DNA of 64,000 bases from an uncultured Pseudobdellovibrionaceae bacterium (GTDB lineage: Bacteria; Pseudomonadota; Alphaproteobacteria; Micavibrionales; Micavibrionaceae). Made by a program: the position numbers and the translations under genes. Below, piece by piece: positions 34,162 through 42,700 of this stretch. Numbering within the stretch: the first letter of the stretch is position 1; each line of letters opens with the position of its first letter. The DNA lies in assembly GCA_964583335.1 (NCBI GenBank), contig CAZOVG010000006.1, positions 43,675-107,674 on the forward strand, in the 5' to 3' direction. The notes beneath the pieces are model-generated. The model saw only the letters and a list, made by a program, of their open reading frames with translations, was not told the origin of the DNA and searched no databases.

Positions 34162-35028
34162 TTATTCTCCTTGGTTTTGCTGGGTGTCAGGTTGCTGGGG
34201 GCGGACGTAGGTCAGGCGCTCGGCGGCGGGTTTGGCCGCTCCGGCGATCTTTTCCATCAGGCGTCCGAGGTGCGGTTCTTCGACCATGTCGAGCCGACCG
34301 CTGCGATCCTTGGCGGGGAAGCCGTAAGGATTGAGCGTGTGGCAGACGAAGGCGCGATACGGCGTTTCGTCATCGGCCTTCAATTCGGCCATGGTGATGA
34401 CCTGATCGACGATGCCAGGAAGTTCCAACCCCGTTTTTGAGCCTTCGATCTGCGGCTGGAAGAAGCGACGGTTGAAATCATCCAGCTTCTCGTCGAGGAT
34501 GCCGACGAACCAGATATTCTTGCCGCGCGCGTGTTGAAGGTGTGTGAGCCAGCCGATCATTTCCTGGCCGTGCAGGCCGTAAGCGCCGCGCGTGTCGGGT
34601 TTCCCCGTCTTGTCGCTGAAGGCTTGCGGCTGTCCCTTGCACCATTGGAAGCACAGGCGTCCGGCGACGGTGATGGAATCCACGAACACCGTGTCGTATT
34701 TTGCGATGGCGGCAGGATCGCCGAAGCGTTCCTTGACGGCATCGAAATGCGCCTGGCTGTAAGGCTGTTCGTCGCGCAGCGCCGGATTGGGGCCGCCGAT
34801 GAACACCGCGAAGTCACGGCATTCTTGCCAGGTGCGCGGACGAATGGCATCGCCCGCCCAGCCTTCGATGGCAAGGTCTCCGGCCTCAAGGTCGAAGAAC
34901 AGCGTTTTTTCCGGTGGCAGCGTCCAGAGCAACGACGTTTTGCCGATGCCGGACTTACCGAAGATGCAGCCTTTGATGCCACGTTTTTCGGCAAGCCGCT
35001 CGTCGGCGGAGATGATGGGGAGCGTCAT
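34162..35028 (-). CDS. Sak4-like RecA-fold ATPase (AAA_24)
   Basis: Walker A CIFGKSGIGKTSL and Walker B-like TVFVDSIT are present. Confidence 0.75.
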   Translation of the reverse strand: MTLPIISADERLAEKRGIKGCIFGKSGIGKTSLLWTLPPEKTLFFDLEAGDLAIEGWAGDAIRPRTWQECRDFAVFIGGPNPALRDEQPYSQAHFDAVKERFGDPAAIAKYDTVFVDSITVAGRLCFQWCKGQPQAFSDKTGKPDTRGAYGLHGQEMIGWLTHLQHARGKNIWFVGILDEKLDDFNRRFFQPQIEGSKTGLELPGIVDQVITMAELKADDETPYRAFVCHTLNPYGFPAKDRSGRLDMVEEPHLGRLMEKIAGAAKPAAERLTYVRPQQPDTQQNQGE

Positions 35029-35318
35029 TGCGCACCCCCGTTCTTGGCCGTGATGGCTTCGACGATGTTGTCTTTGCCAAGCGCACCTTTCGCACGCGCT
35101 TCTTTGTAGAGGCGCTGCAAGGCGTAAAGCTCATCACGCAACGCATCGGCTTTTTTGTCGAGGGCTTGCGCGGCGAAGGCGATGTCATCCAGCGTCGCTT
35201 GTTCGATGGGCTTGACGATATCCGTGCGGTTTGTGCCGAGCGGCGGGATATGGACGCTCTCCGGCACGTTGCGCGCCAGATAAGTGTCGCCGAAAAGTTT
35301 TTCGAGTTTCTTGCTCAT
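35025..35318 (-). CDS. Small hypothetical protein (97 aa)
   Basis: ORF trimmed to the ATG at 35318 (TAATG overlap with the upstream stop; ATGA overlap downstream). Confidence 0.5.
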   Translation of the reverse strand: MSKKLEKLFGDTYLARNVPESVHIPPLGTNRTDIVKPIEQATLDDIAFAAQALDKKADALRDELYALQRLYKEARAKGALGKDNIVEAITAKNGGAQ

Positions 35319-35482
35319 TATTTGCCTCCTTTTTGGGTTTTCAGTCGCAGCGCACCGCGCAGCCAGCGGCAGACCAGTTCGGCCTTTGCCAGCAATCGGC
35401 GCAGTTCGGTTTCGTCCATCTCCAGCAGTTGCCCGACGGGCGTGCTGTAGACGGCGTCGAGTGATGGCGGTGTATCGCTCAT
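35318..35482 (-). CDS. Small hypothetical protein (54 aa)
   Basis: ATG at 35482 preceded by AAGGAG. It is the first gene after a 185-bp gap. Confidence 0.45.
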   Translation of the reverse strand: MSDTPPSLDAVYSTPVGQLLEMDETELRRLLAKAELVCRWLRGALRLKTQKGGK

Positions 35483-35666
35483 TCGATGCTCCTTGGTTTC
35501 GTGTTGCTCCTGATTGCCGTTTGCATTGCTGCTGTCGGGCCTTGGCGCCGCCAAAGAGCGAGAGCGGTCGCGGTATTTCCCCGAAGGGTTTTGCGTTCCC
35601 GCGAAGGCCCGACATGAATTCCGTGAGGGATTACATACCGAGCGATCGCGGGAACTGTCGGGGCGG

Positions 35667-36236
35667 TCAGTGCAGATATTTCTGGAGGTCGCGTGCGCCG
35701 AAATCGCGCCGGATCCGACCCATGGTTTCGTAAACCGTGGACGGATGACGGTCGTGGATTTTGCAGAGCGTTCGGATCGGCAAATCCTGCATCAGCATCA
35801 CGCAATAAAAGCGTGCGGCTTCCGGCAGGGCGCGGATCGCGTCGCTCACATCAATGACCAGCTCGGTTTGCCGCGCGTGGCCGTTCTGCCCGCCCCAGAT
35901 GCCCATGGATTCCGGAACGTCCTCGCGTTCGCCGTCCTCCAGCCAGGAATCCAGCGACGTGGCCTGGAAGCCGTTGTTGCGCTTCTCGGCTTTCGCGGCT
36001 TTGATCATCGCCGCGCATTTATGGCGCAGGATGCGGTCGACGAAGGTGTTGCGGCAGGATTTTTCGGGATCGAAGGCTTGGATCCGCGAGAGATAGTCGA
36101 GCATCAATTCCTGCTCGATGTCCTCGATCTCCATTCCGGCCATGGTATGGTGCCGGAGCATTTGACGGGAGTGATAACGGACTTGGGAAACGACATACGG
36201 ATCGATGCCGTTGTAACGGTTTTGGCTTTTGCTCAT
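35667..36236 (-). CDS. Phage-encoded sigma-70 family (ECF-like) sigma factor
   Basis: 189 aa from the ATG at 36236. The region-4 HTH is LPEAARFYCVMLMQDLPIRTLCKIHDRHPSTVYETMGRIRRDF, and a region-2-like segment is upstream. Confidence 0.7.
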   Translation of the reverse strand: MSKSQNRYNGIDPYVVSQVRYHSRQMLRHHTMAGMEIEDIEQELMLDYLSRIQAFDPEKSCRNTFVDRILRHKCAAMIKAAKAEKRNNGFQATSLDSWLEDGEREDVPESMGIWGGQNGHARQTELVIDVSDAIRALPEAARFYCVMLMQDLPIRTLCKIHDRHPSTVYETMGRIRRDFGARDLQKYLH

Positions 36237-36340
36237 TGTTTTCGCCTTTGTTTCGCATTGGCGGCCACGCACGGGCCGGACAAAGGGACTGGCGAAAACT
36301 CACTGGCAGGCTGGGTCTGCGGGCTTTTTCAGCCCGCCTG

Positions 36341-36370
36341 AAAAGCAAAAAGCCGCCTGTAAGGGCGGCT
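36341..36370 (-). terminator. Rho-independent terminator after the recombinase operon
   Basis: Stem agccgcc/ggcggct with a 6-nt loop, followed on the minus strand by ttttgctttt. A second hairpin (gcgggct/agcccgc) is at 36319..36337. Confidence 0.55.
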
Positions 36371-36443
36371 TTGGGGATGAAAAATTTTTTGATTTTTTTT
36401 CAGGGTATCCGGTGAAAATTCACCGAACGGAACAGCCGATCCG

Positions 36444-36857
36444 TCAGGCAGTCAGGCCGAAATAGCGACGCTGTGCCTGCCAGTCATCCGGAAAGGGCTT
36501 GAGCATCTCGGATAGCTTCAAGGTCTTGGGCTGCCTGCCGTCTAAAATCATTTCCTTAATGTCAGGTGCCAGCAAGTTGAGCCGGATGATGCGGGAAACG
36601 TAGGACGGGTTGATCTCATTATCGGCGGCAAGCTGGTCGATATTCTTGACCTTGCCCGTTTCCAGCCATTGCCGCCATTTGTGGGCGCGCGCCAGGGCTT
36701 TGAGCAGCGTGTCATCCTTGCGCGACGGTGCGTTGAACGGCGCGTCACCCTCGGTGGGCGGGACGATCATATAGCGTCGCCCGAATTTGCGGGTGAAATT
36801 CACCGGAACGCTGATAACGATGGCGGTGCCGTCGAGAGAAATCATGGCCTTGTTCAT
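36444..36857 (-). CDS. Recombinase-associated small DNA-binding protein
   Basis: 137 aa with an ATGA overlap with the recombinase stop. NPSYVSRIIRLNLLAPDIKEMILDGRQP is a motif seen beside large serine recombinases (from memory). Confidence 0.6.
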   Translation of the reverse strand: MNKAMISLDGTAIVISVPVNFTRKFGRRYMIVPPTEGDAPFNAPSRKDDTLLKALARAHKWRQWLETGKVKNIDQLAADNEINPSYVSRIIRLNLLAPDIKEMILDGRQPKTLKLSEMLKPFPDDWQAQRRYFGLTA

Positions 36858-38200
36858 GCTGCCTCCTTGATTTTATGGACGTTTTCAATGTCGCGGATCA
36901 GGCTGTTCAAGCCCTCGGCATGGACGTGGATGTCGATGCGGTCGGCGTTGACGATGATCTTTTCGATCAGCAGCCTCAAAAGCCGCGCCTGTTCCAGCGG
37001 GAACAATTCGTCCCAGATCAAATGCATGTTCTGCAGCGCGTCGCGCACCTGTTGTTCGGTGATGGTGTGATCTTCCTTGATGACCTCGCGCCAGACCCGC
37101 ACCATCATTTCCGGCGTACAGATCGCAAAGCGGATTTGATTGAGGACGATGTTCTCCAGCTCTCCGGCGGGGACAGAGCCGATGGGGCAGCCCTCGCATT
37201 CGTTCTTCAAATGTGCGCTGGGTTTGTAATAGCGATAAAGCCTGCCGTTGGGTTTTTTGGAATGGGTCGGCGTCATGGTGGACTGGCAACCGCCGCACAC
37301 GCACAATCCCTGCAACAATGCTGTTGACATGCCGCGCGTCCGGATTTGGCGCTTGCGCGGATTTTCCTTCGTGACCGCGCGCACCTTTTCCCAGAGGGCG
37401 TGAGAGATAATAGGCTTGTGCTGGCCTGGATAGTTGTTACCGAGGTGGGTAATCTCGCCAAGGTAGGTGCGGTTGTTCAGCACCTTGTAAAGAAAACCCT
37501 TGGTGATTGTGTTGCCGCCGCGTGGCTTGCCATTCTGGCTGATCCAGCTTTTTGTGCGGTATCCCTGATCGCGTAATTCCTTCGCCAGCAGCGTCATCGA
37601 TTGAAGGATCGTGAAACGCTCGAAAATCAGCCGGACAAGTTCGGATTCTTTTTCGTTGATTACCAGCTTCTTGTCTTTCGTGTCGTAGCCTAGCGGCGTG
37701 ATGCCGCCCATCCACATACCCTTGCGCTTCGTCGCGGCAACCTTGTCGCGGATGCGCTCACCAATAACTTCGCGCTCGAATTGGGCGAAGGACAAAAGGA
37801 TGTTGAGCGTCAGCCGCCCCATGGACGTTGTTGTATTGAATTGCTGGGTGACGGAAACGAAGCTGACGTTGTGCTTGTCGAAAAGCTCGATCATCTTGGC
37901 AAAGTCGGACAGCGACCGCGACAGGCGGTCGACTTTGTAAACGACAACCACATCGATCAGACCTTTTTCAACATCCTGCATGAGTTTTTTGAGCGCGGGG
38001 CGTTCCATGCTGCCGCCGGAAAAACCGCCATCATCATAATAGTCCGGCACCAGCGTCCAGCCTTCATGCCGTTGCGACGTGATATAGGATTCTCCGGCCT
38101 CGCGCTGGGCGTCGAGGCTGTTGAATTCCATGTCGAGACCTTCTTCTGTGGACTTGCGTGTGTAAATCGCGCAGCGAGTTCTTTTCTTTGGCTCCGTCAT
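36854..38200 (-). CDS. Large serine recombinase (integrase)
   Basis: ATG at 38200. The resolvase catalytic domain has CAIYTRKSTEEG (Ser), VVVYKVDRLSRS and the LSFAQFERE motif. The recombinase and zinc-ribbon regions include CGGCQ. Confidence 0.9.
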   Translation of the reverse strand: MTEPKKRTRCAIYTRKSTEEGLDMEFNSLDAQREAGESYITSQRHEGWTLVPDYYDDGGFSGGSMERPALKKLMQDVEKGLIDVVVVYKVDRLSRSLSDFAKMIELFDKHNVSFVSVTQQFNTTTSMGRLTLNILLSFAQFEREVIGERIRDKVAATKRKGMWMGGITPLGYDTKDKKLVINEKESELVRLIFERFTILQSMTLLAKELRDQGYRTKSWISQNGKPRGGNTITKGFLYKVLNNRTYLGEITHLGNNYPGQHKPIISHALWEKVRAVTKENPRKRQIRTRGMSTALLQGLCVCGGCQSTMTPTHSKKPNGRLYRYYKPSAHLKNECEGCPIGSVPAGELENIVLNQIRFAICTPEMMVRVWREVIKEDHTITEQQVRDALQNMHLIWDELFPLEQARLLRLLIEKIIVNADRIDIHVHAEGLNSLIRDIENVHKIKEAA

Positions 38201-38649
38201 TCCTTGCCCTCCTTGTTTCTGCGTACCAGGCCGAAGAAAGTGGGGCCTGACCAATTCGTGCCTGTGATTTCACGCGCGATGTGCGACAAGCTCCTGTAAT
38301 GCGCGCCGTTATATTCAAAGCCGTTGTCGAGGACGGTGACGCGGTGTTCGATGCCGTTGTGGATGCGCACGAGCTTCGTTCCTGCAACGGGCATGTGGAT
38401 GCCTTTGCCGCGCGGCTTGCGCAGATTTTCCGAAAGGCTTTCCTTCGCGTATTGCTCAAGGCGTTTTTCGATAATTCCGCTATCGATGCCGTGCGCGATT
38501 TCCTGCAGGCGGTAGGCCAGGCGTTTGACCAGATAGGGTTTGTTATATTTCGGGGCTTTGGCCTGAAAAACCTCCTCCCACATTGCCACCAGCTCTGCCA
38601 TGGGCATCTGCGGCAGGGCGGCGACCCTTACTAAGACATTGTTTTGCAT
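38197..38649 (-). CDS. DUF2924-family protein
   Basis: LPQMPMAELVAMWEEVFQAKAPKYNKPYLVKRLAYRLQE is typical of DUF2924. It has an ATGA overlap with the recombinase start. Confidence 0.7.
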   Translation of the reverse strand: MQNNVLVRVAALPQMPMAELVAMWEEVFQAKAPKYNKPYLVKRLAYRLQEIAHGIDSGIIEKRLEQYAKESLSENLRKPRGKGIHMPVAGTKLVRIHNGIEHRVTVLDNGFEYNGAHYRSLSHIAREITGTNWSGPTFFGLVRRNKEGKE

Positions 38650-38834
38650 TAGTTATTTTGCTCCTTTCGCTTTTGCCCATGAATGCTTCCTGCCGCCTCT
38701 AAGTCCAGCGAATAGTCTCTCATGTCCTTGGTTTTCAGCTTTTGATGGCGACGAACGACGCCACGGGCGAGGATCAGCGCCATTTCCGCCATACGCTCGT
38801 GTGCAGACATCGCATTAGGGTCTAGTCCATTCAT
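38649..38834 (-). CDS. Small hypothetical protein (61 aa), first gene of recombinase operon
   Basis: Its stop overlaps the DUF2924 ATG by 1 nt. Confidence 0.45.
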   Translation of the reverse strand: MNGLDPNAMSAHERMAEMALILARGVVRRHQKLKTKDMRDYSLDLEAAGSIHGQKRKEQNN

Positions 38835-38904
38835 CGCAACCTCCGTACTGTTGGTGGGGGTTACATACGGCAGGCATAGGGGAAGTGTCGGGATAAGTAC
38901 GGGA

Positions 38905-38936
38905 TTGACAGCGATTATCCTTGAAATAAGATAATC
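38905..38936 (+). promoter_or_regulatory. Candidate sigma-70 promoter (TTGACA-N16-TAAGAT) overlapped by inverted repeat GATTATC-N10-GATAATC
   Basis: TTGACA is at 38905..38910. The inverted-repeat arms are at 38913..38919 and 38930..38936. It lies in the divergent region between the recombinase operon and the repressor gene. Confidence 0.3.
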
Positions 38937-39024
38937 GAGCCTAATAAAAATAAGGGAACAACTAAGGGAGATTCGCGCAGGCGAAAATCCCCGACACGAT
39001 GATCAAAGCAAAGAGAATGGAAGA

Positions 39025-39711
39025 ATGAAAAGCGCCACTAAAAAACTTCCCAGCACCGGAAACCTCACGCCCGCCCAAGAGACGGCGTTGCGCGCCATCA
39101 CCGTGTTCATGGATCGTCGTGGTGTTGCACCGACGGTGCAGGAGTTGGCGGATGCTCTTTCGATCCAGCCGCCCAGCGCGCACGAGCTTGTGCGCCGTCT
39201 GGAGGACAAGGGATACATTCAGCGTGAGGCTCGCAAAGCACGCACGATGATGGTGGTGAAAGACTTCACACCGCGCGTGCGTCAAATGATCGGCGTTCCT
39301 GTTCTTGGCAGGGTTGCCGCAGGCACGCCGATTCTCGCCATCGAAAACAAGGTCGGTGAAATCATGGTCGATGCCATGATCGCGCGCGGCAACTGCTTCG
39401 CCCTGGAAGTCAGCGGCGACAGCATGATCGATGTGGATATCAACGACGGCGACTACGTCGTCGTTCGACAACAGAAACTTGCGGAATCGGGGGACATCGT
39501 CGTGGCCATGCGCGACGGCGAAGCCACGGTGAAGCGGTTGTTCATCGCGGATCACCGCATAGAATTGAGGCCCGAAAACAAGAGACTGAAGCCTATCGTC
39601 ATCAGCCACGATGATGACTTTGCCATTCTTGGGAAAGTCGTCACCGTTTGTTCCAGAGCCGATCCCATCAATCAAACAGAGGAGGCTCAGGATGGCGACT
39701 TACAGTCTTAG
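39025..39711 (+). CDS. LexA-family repressor (LexA winged-helix N-domain + S24 autopeptidase)
   Basis: LTPAQETALRAITVFMDRRGVAPTVQELADAL (LexA DNA-binding domain), the cleavage-site-like VAAG, catalytic Ser GDSM and Lys ATVKRL are all present. Confidence 0.85.
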   Translation: MKSATKKLPSTGNLTPAQETALRAITVFMDRRGVAPTVQELADALSIQPPSAHELVRRLEDKGYIQREARKARTMMVVKDFTPRVRQMIGVPVLGRVAAGTPILAIENKVGEIMVDAMIARGNCFALEVSGDSMIDVDINDGDYVVVRQQKLAESGDIVVAMRDGEATVKRLFIADHRIELRPENKRLKPIVISHDDDFAILGKVVTVCSRADPINQTEEAQDGDLQS

Positions 39712-40906
39712 AAAATTTGCGCAACCGGATGTTTTGAAAAACATCCACGAGGATAACCTTTTGCGGTTCCTTTCCCCGTACACCGACTATTTGACGGGCC
39801 GCGGGTTCAAGCTGCAAAAAAACGGCAGCGGTCAGCTTGATTACGGGCTGCTCTGCCAGATTCTGATGCAGCCGACCGAGGGCATCCCGCCAGCGATGGT
39901 GGATGCCCTTTATTTTGTGCAGGAAGTTTCTGACGACGATATGTTTGACGAGCTGCTGGAAATGGCCAACGCGGGCAATGTTGACGTGCCTGCCGATTCC
40001 ACGCCTGCCGATCTTGCCGTGCTGCTGTGGCTCAAGGATCCGGAGCTGATCAAAAAGCCGCATGCCGAAGCGCTGATGATGAAGCCCAAGAGCTTCAACA
40101 GCTTCCAGTCCAAGGAAAACAAAGGCAAGAAGCTCGACCTTTCCGAAGGCAACGTCGATGCGCTGGAACGCGACATGGATGAATGGTTCGAGCAGAACAA
40201 GCGCGGCAACGGCTGCGAGGTCACGCCGTTTGAAATGGCGGGCGAGAATAAAATCTACTTTCTCGTGCGCCACGGCATGCCGTTCAAGCGTGAAGGCAAG
40301 ATCGAAGCTGGCGAAACGGGCAGCGTGTTCTACCGTCCTGAATTTCATGACGTCATCGTTTATGACCGCGACGCCAACGAGCTTCAGATTTACAACAAGT
40401 CCGGCGGCAAAAAGGAACGCCAGATGTATCTGGCCGCCTTCGGCCTGCGCTTCTTCGGTGATGCAGAATATTTCCCCGAAGAAGATAAATACACCCTGCA
40501 GCCGCTTCTCAATGACGGGCCGGATTCCCTCAGTTGCCACGATATCGCTGGCCTTGAAGAAATCCGGCTGACGGAGGTGCAGTTGCAGTTCAGGGGGCCG
40601 TATAACGACCGTTCGATCTTCCGCTCGAAAGACCTGTTTTCGTCGTTGCAGGATCGCAGCAAGGATTTGCCAAGGTTCGGCAACCTGGTCGCGGCCAGTT
40701 TCCAGGTAAAATTCGAGAACAGCTCCAAGCCGCGCACGATCAAAATCAAAACACCGAACGTCGCCAGCTTCGATCGCAAGGAAGATGCCCATGTCATCGA
40801 ACAATGGATGAAGGCACGCGGCTTTATTAAACGGCAGGAACCGCCTGCACTTGAAGAAAGACCCTCTGATCATGTTGTTGAGCAGGCCGCCGTGGCATAC
40901 GCTTAG
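39692..40906 (+). CDS. Orphan protein A (404 aa), translationally coupled to repressor
   Basis: ATG at 39692 preceded by GAGGAGG; it overlaps the repressor gene by 20 nt. No P-loop or nuclease motif is seen. Confidence 0.65.
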   Translation: MATYSLRKFAQPDVLKNIHEDNLLRFLSPYTDYLTGRGFKLQKNGSGQLDYGLLCQILMQPTEGIPPAMVDALYFVQEVSDDDMFDELLEMANAGNVDVPADSTPADLAVLLWLKDPELIKKPHAEALMMKPKSFNSFQSKENKGKKLDLSEGNVDALERDMDEWFEQNKRGNGCEVTPFEMAGENKIYFLVRHGMPFKREGKIEAGETGSVFYRPEFHDVIVYDRDANELQIYNKSGGKKERQMYLAAFGLRFFGDAEYFPEEDKYTLQPLLNDGPDSLSCHDIAGLEEIRLTEVQLQFRGPYNDRSIFRSKDLFSSLQDRSKDLPRFGNLVAASFQVKFENSSKPRTIKIKTPNVASFDRKEDAHVIEQWMKARGFIKRQEPPALEERPSDHVVEQAAVAYA

Positions 40907-41930
40907 TCAGTTTTCCGGCGCGCGCGGCGTTAAGGCGGACTGGTCTGGATTCCCCGAATATCTGCTGAAACCAACTCAGCAGCTTGCGGAAACATATCCG
41001 TGCGCAGGAAAATGCGGCGGATACATGGATGTTGTCCGGCATGGCGATGGTCAATATGTCGGCGTCTGTTCCTGCGGCTGTGGCAAGCGCGTGTTGCAGA
41101 AAACCGATCTCATCATTTATCGCCCAGATTTTACGACCATCTTTTCCGGCCTTGCGCAGGCGTTTGGTATCAGCGGCGCGGCTCATGCCGAGATCGACGG
41201 CCTTCCGGCCTGCTGGCAGATCGGCGAATATAACCCCGCCGCCAGTTATCGCTTTCCTGTGGTGACGTTGATCGAGGCGCAGGCCAGCAAGATCGAGCGC
41301 GTTCTCGGCCAGCTTGTGGCCAGATTCCAAAAACCCTTCTTTCTTTTGTTGCCCTCGGCATCCGCCGTGACGCAGTCGGTGCAGGACGTAGCGCTGCGGA
41401 ACGCAGCCAAGGTGTTCGCCTATGAAGATTTGATCGAATTGACCAACAACGCCATCCAGGTCAGGGGCAATGCGGCCAGCCTGCTGTCCGATCTTTCCGC
41501 TGGCTGGATCAAGCACATTGACGGTGCGCCTGGAGAGACGCGCTACCCGACACCCGCAGGCGCGAAGTGGGAAGATTTTGTTCTAGAATTCACCGCCGAC
41601 GAGATGATCACCGTTTCCTGCAAGGGCCAAGGCCACAAGCAGTTCAGCGCGGAAGACCTTCAAATGCGCGACAAGCGCACGAAGAAGCCGAAGCAGGCGT
41701 GGACGTTCCTGCAGGCCATGGCGGCGGCGAACGGCAATATGTCGGTCAGTGATATCGACAAGGTCAAAAAGACCAAGCAGGAAGTTTCAGCCAATCTCCA
41801 GCGCGTGTTCCAGCTTCCCGACGACGACCCGATTGAGTGGTCAGGAGAGGACACGGCCTACAAAGCTAAATTCCTCATGCGTGGCGGAGAGAAATTGACC
41901 CTGTCGAGCGCGCGCAAACGGACGGCTTAG
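40872..41930 (+). CDS. Orphan protein B (~352 aa) with Cys-rich zinc-finger-like segment
   Basis: It overlaps gene A by 35 nt (56 nt if the TTG at 40851 is used). The Cys cluster is CAGKCGG...VCSCGCG, and the C-terminal region is Lys-rich. Confidence 0.6.
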   Translation: MLLSRPPWHTLSQFSGARGVKADWSGFPEYLLKPTQQLAETYPCAGKCGGYMDVVRHGDGQYVGVCSCGCGKRVLQKTDLIIYRPDFTTIFSGLAQAFGISGAAHAEIDGLPACWQIGEYNPAASYRFPVVTLIEAQASKIERVLGQLVARFQKPFFLLLPSASAVTQSVQDVALRNAAKVFAYEDLIELTNNAIQVRGNAASLLSDLSAGWIKHIDGAPGETRYPTPAGAKWEDFVLEFTADEMITVSCKGQGHKQFSAEDLQMRDKRTKKPKQAWTFLQAMAAANGNMSVSDIDKVKKTKQEVSANLQRVFQLPDDDPIEWSGEDTAYKAKFLMRGGEKLTLSSARKRTA

Positions 41931-42700
41931 GCCGCTTTGTCAGCCTGCACGGCCAAGCCGATCACATGGTGAACCAGGAATGCGTCGATCAATGACAGGG
42001 CATAGTCCTTGCTGATCGGCAGCATATCTTCCGTCAGCATGGTATCGACGTAATCCTTCGCGTCCCAAAGTTTGCGGGTCTGCTCCGGATTGTTCGGCTC
42101 GATCCGCTCCATGACAGATTCAAAAACGCTGTTCGCTGTTTTTACGAATTCCGCATGATCCGCCTTGCTCAACGGCAGCGACGTGATCTGCGGCCCTGGA
42201 TCGGCCTTTGGCGCTGGCCGAGGGGCTTCGCTTCTCGTTGCATGAGGCGTGTTTTTGTCTATGCGGTAATCTCCGAAGGGGCTGTGATGCCCGTCCACAT
42301 TCACGAAGACCTGTTTAAATATTTCTATTCTGGCTTCGGCATCAAAGGTGGTGTTGTTATCGAATTCCGCGCCGGAGATATACATGTCCCAATCTTCCAG
42401 GTGGATTTTATGCTGGTTATCCCACAGCAGTTTTGTAAGCTCCAATTCTGCATCGGAGGCTTTTAATATATCTGCCCATTTTTCAAAGCCGAGCATCAGC
42501 GCAAAAAGATGCTGCGCCTTCATCAAGCTGAAATCTTCTTCGTCCCAATCGTACTCTAGGAAAATGCGTTCGATATCGAAGTATTTGGGAGCGTATGTAT
42601 AGTAGGAATTACCATCCACTTTATCGATGTAGGACGTTTGGGTTTTGTAATCCCTGAACAGGTTTTTGGCTTGGAGTTTGAAATAGTCTACGGGCGTCAT
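41927..42700 (-). CDS. Hypothetical protein (257 aa), AT-rich cargo
   Basis: ATG at 42700 with AAGGA upstream. Its stop codon overlaps the stop of the convergent gene B. Confidence 0.55.
   Translation of the reverse strand: MTPVDYFKLQAKNLFRDYKTQTSYIDKVDGNSYYTYAPKYFDIERIFLEYDWDEEDFSLMKAQHLFALMLGFEKWADILKASDAELELTKLLWDNQHKIHLEDWDMYISGAEFDNNTTFDAEARIEIFKQVFVNVDGHHSPFGDYRIDKNTPHATRSEAPRPAPKADPGPQITSLPLSKADHAEFVKTANSVFESVMERIEPNNPEQTRKLWDAKDYVDTMLTEDMLPISKDYALSLIDAFLVHHVIGLAVQADKAA

Noticed and set aside
39668-40873. 401-aa minus-strand ORF exactly opposite orphan gene A
   Set aside because: Its composition (Arg/Leu/Phe/Val/His-rich) looks like a shadow frame, and it has no SD sequence. The + strand frame has GAGGAGG plus an ATG, balanced composition, and coupling to its neighbours.
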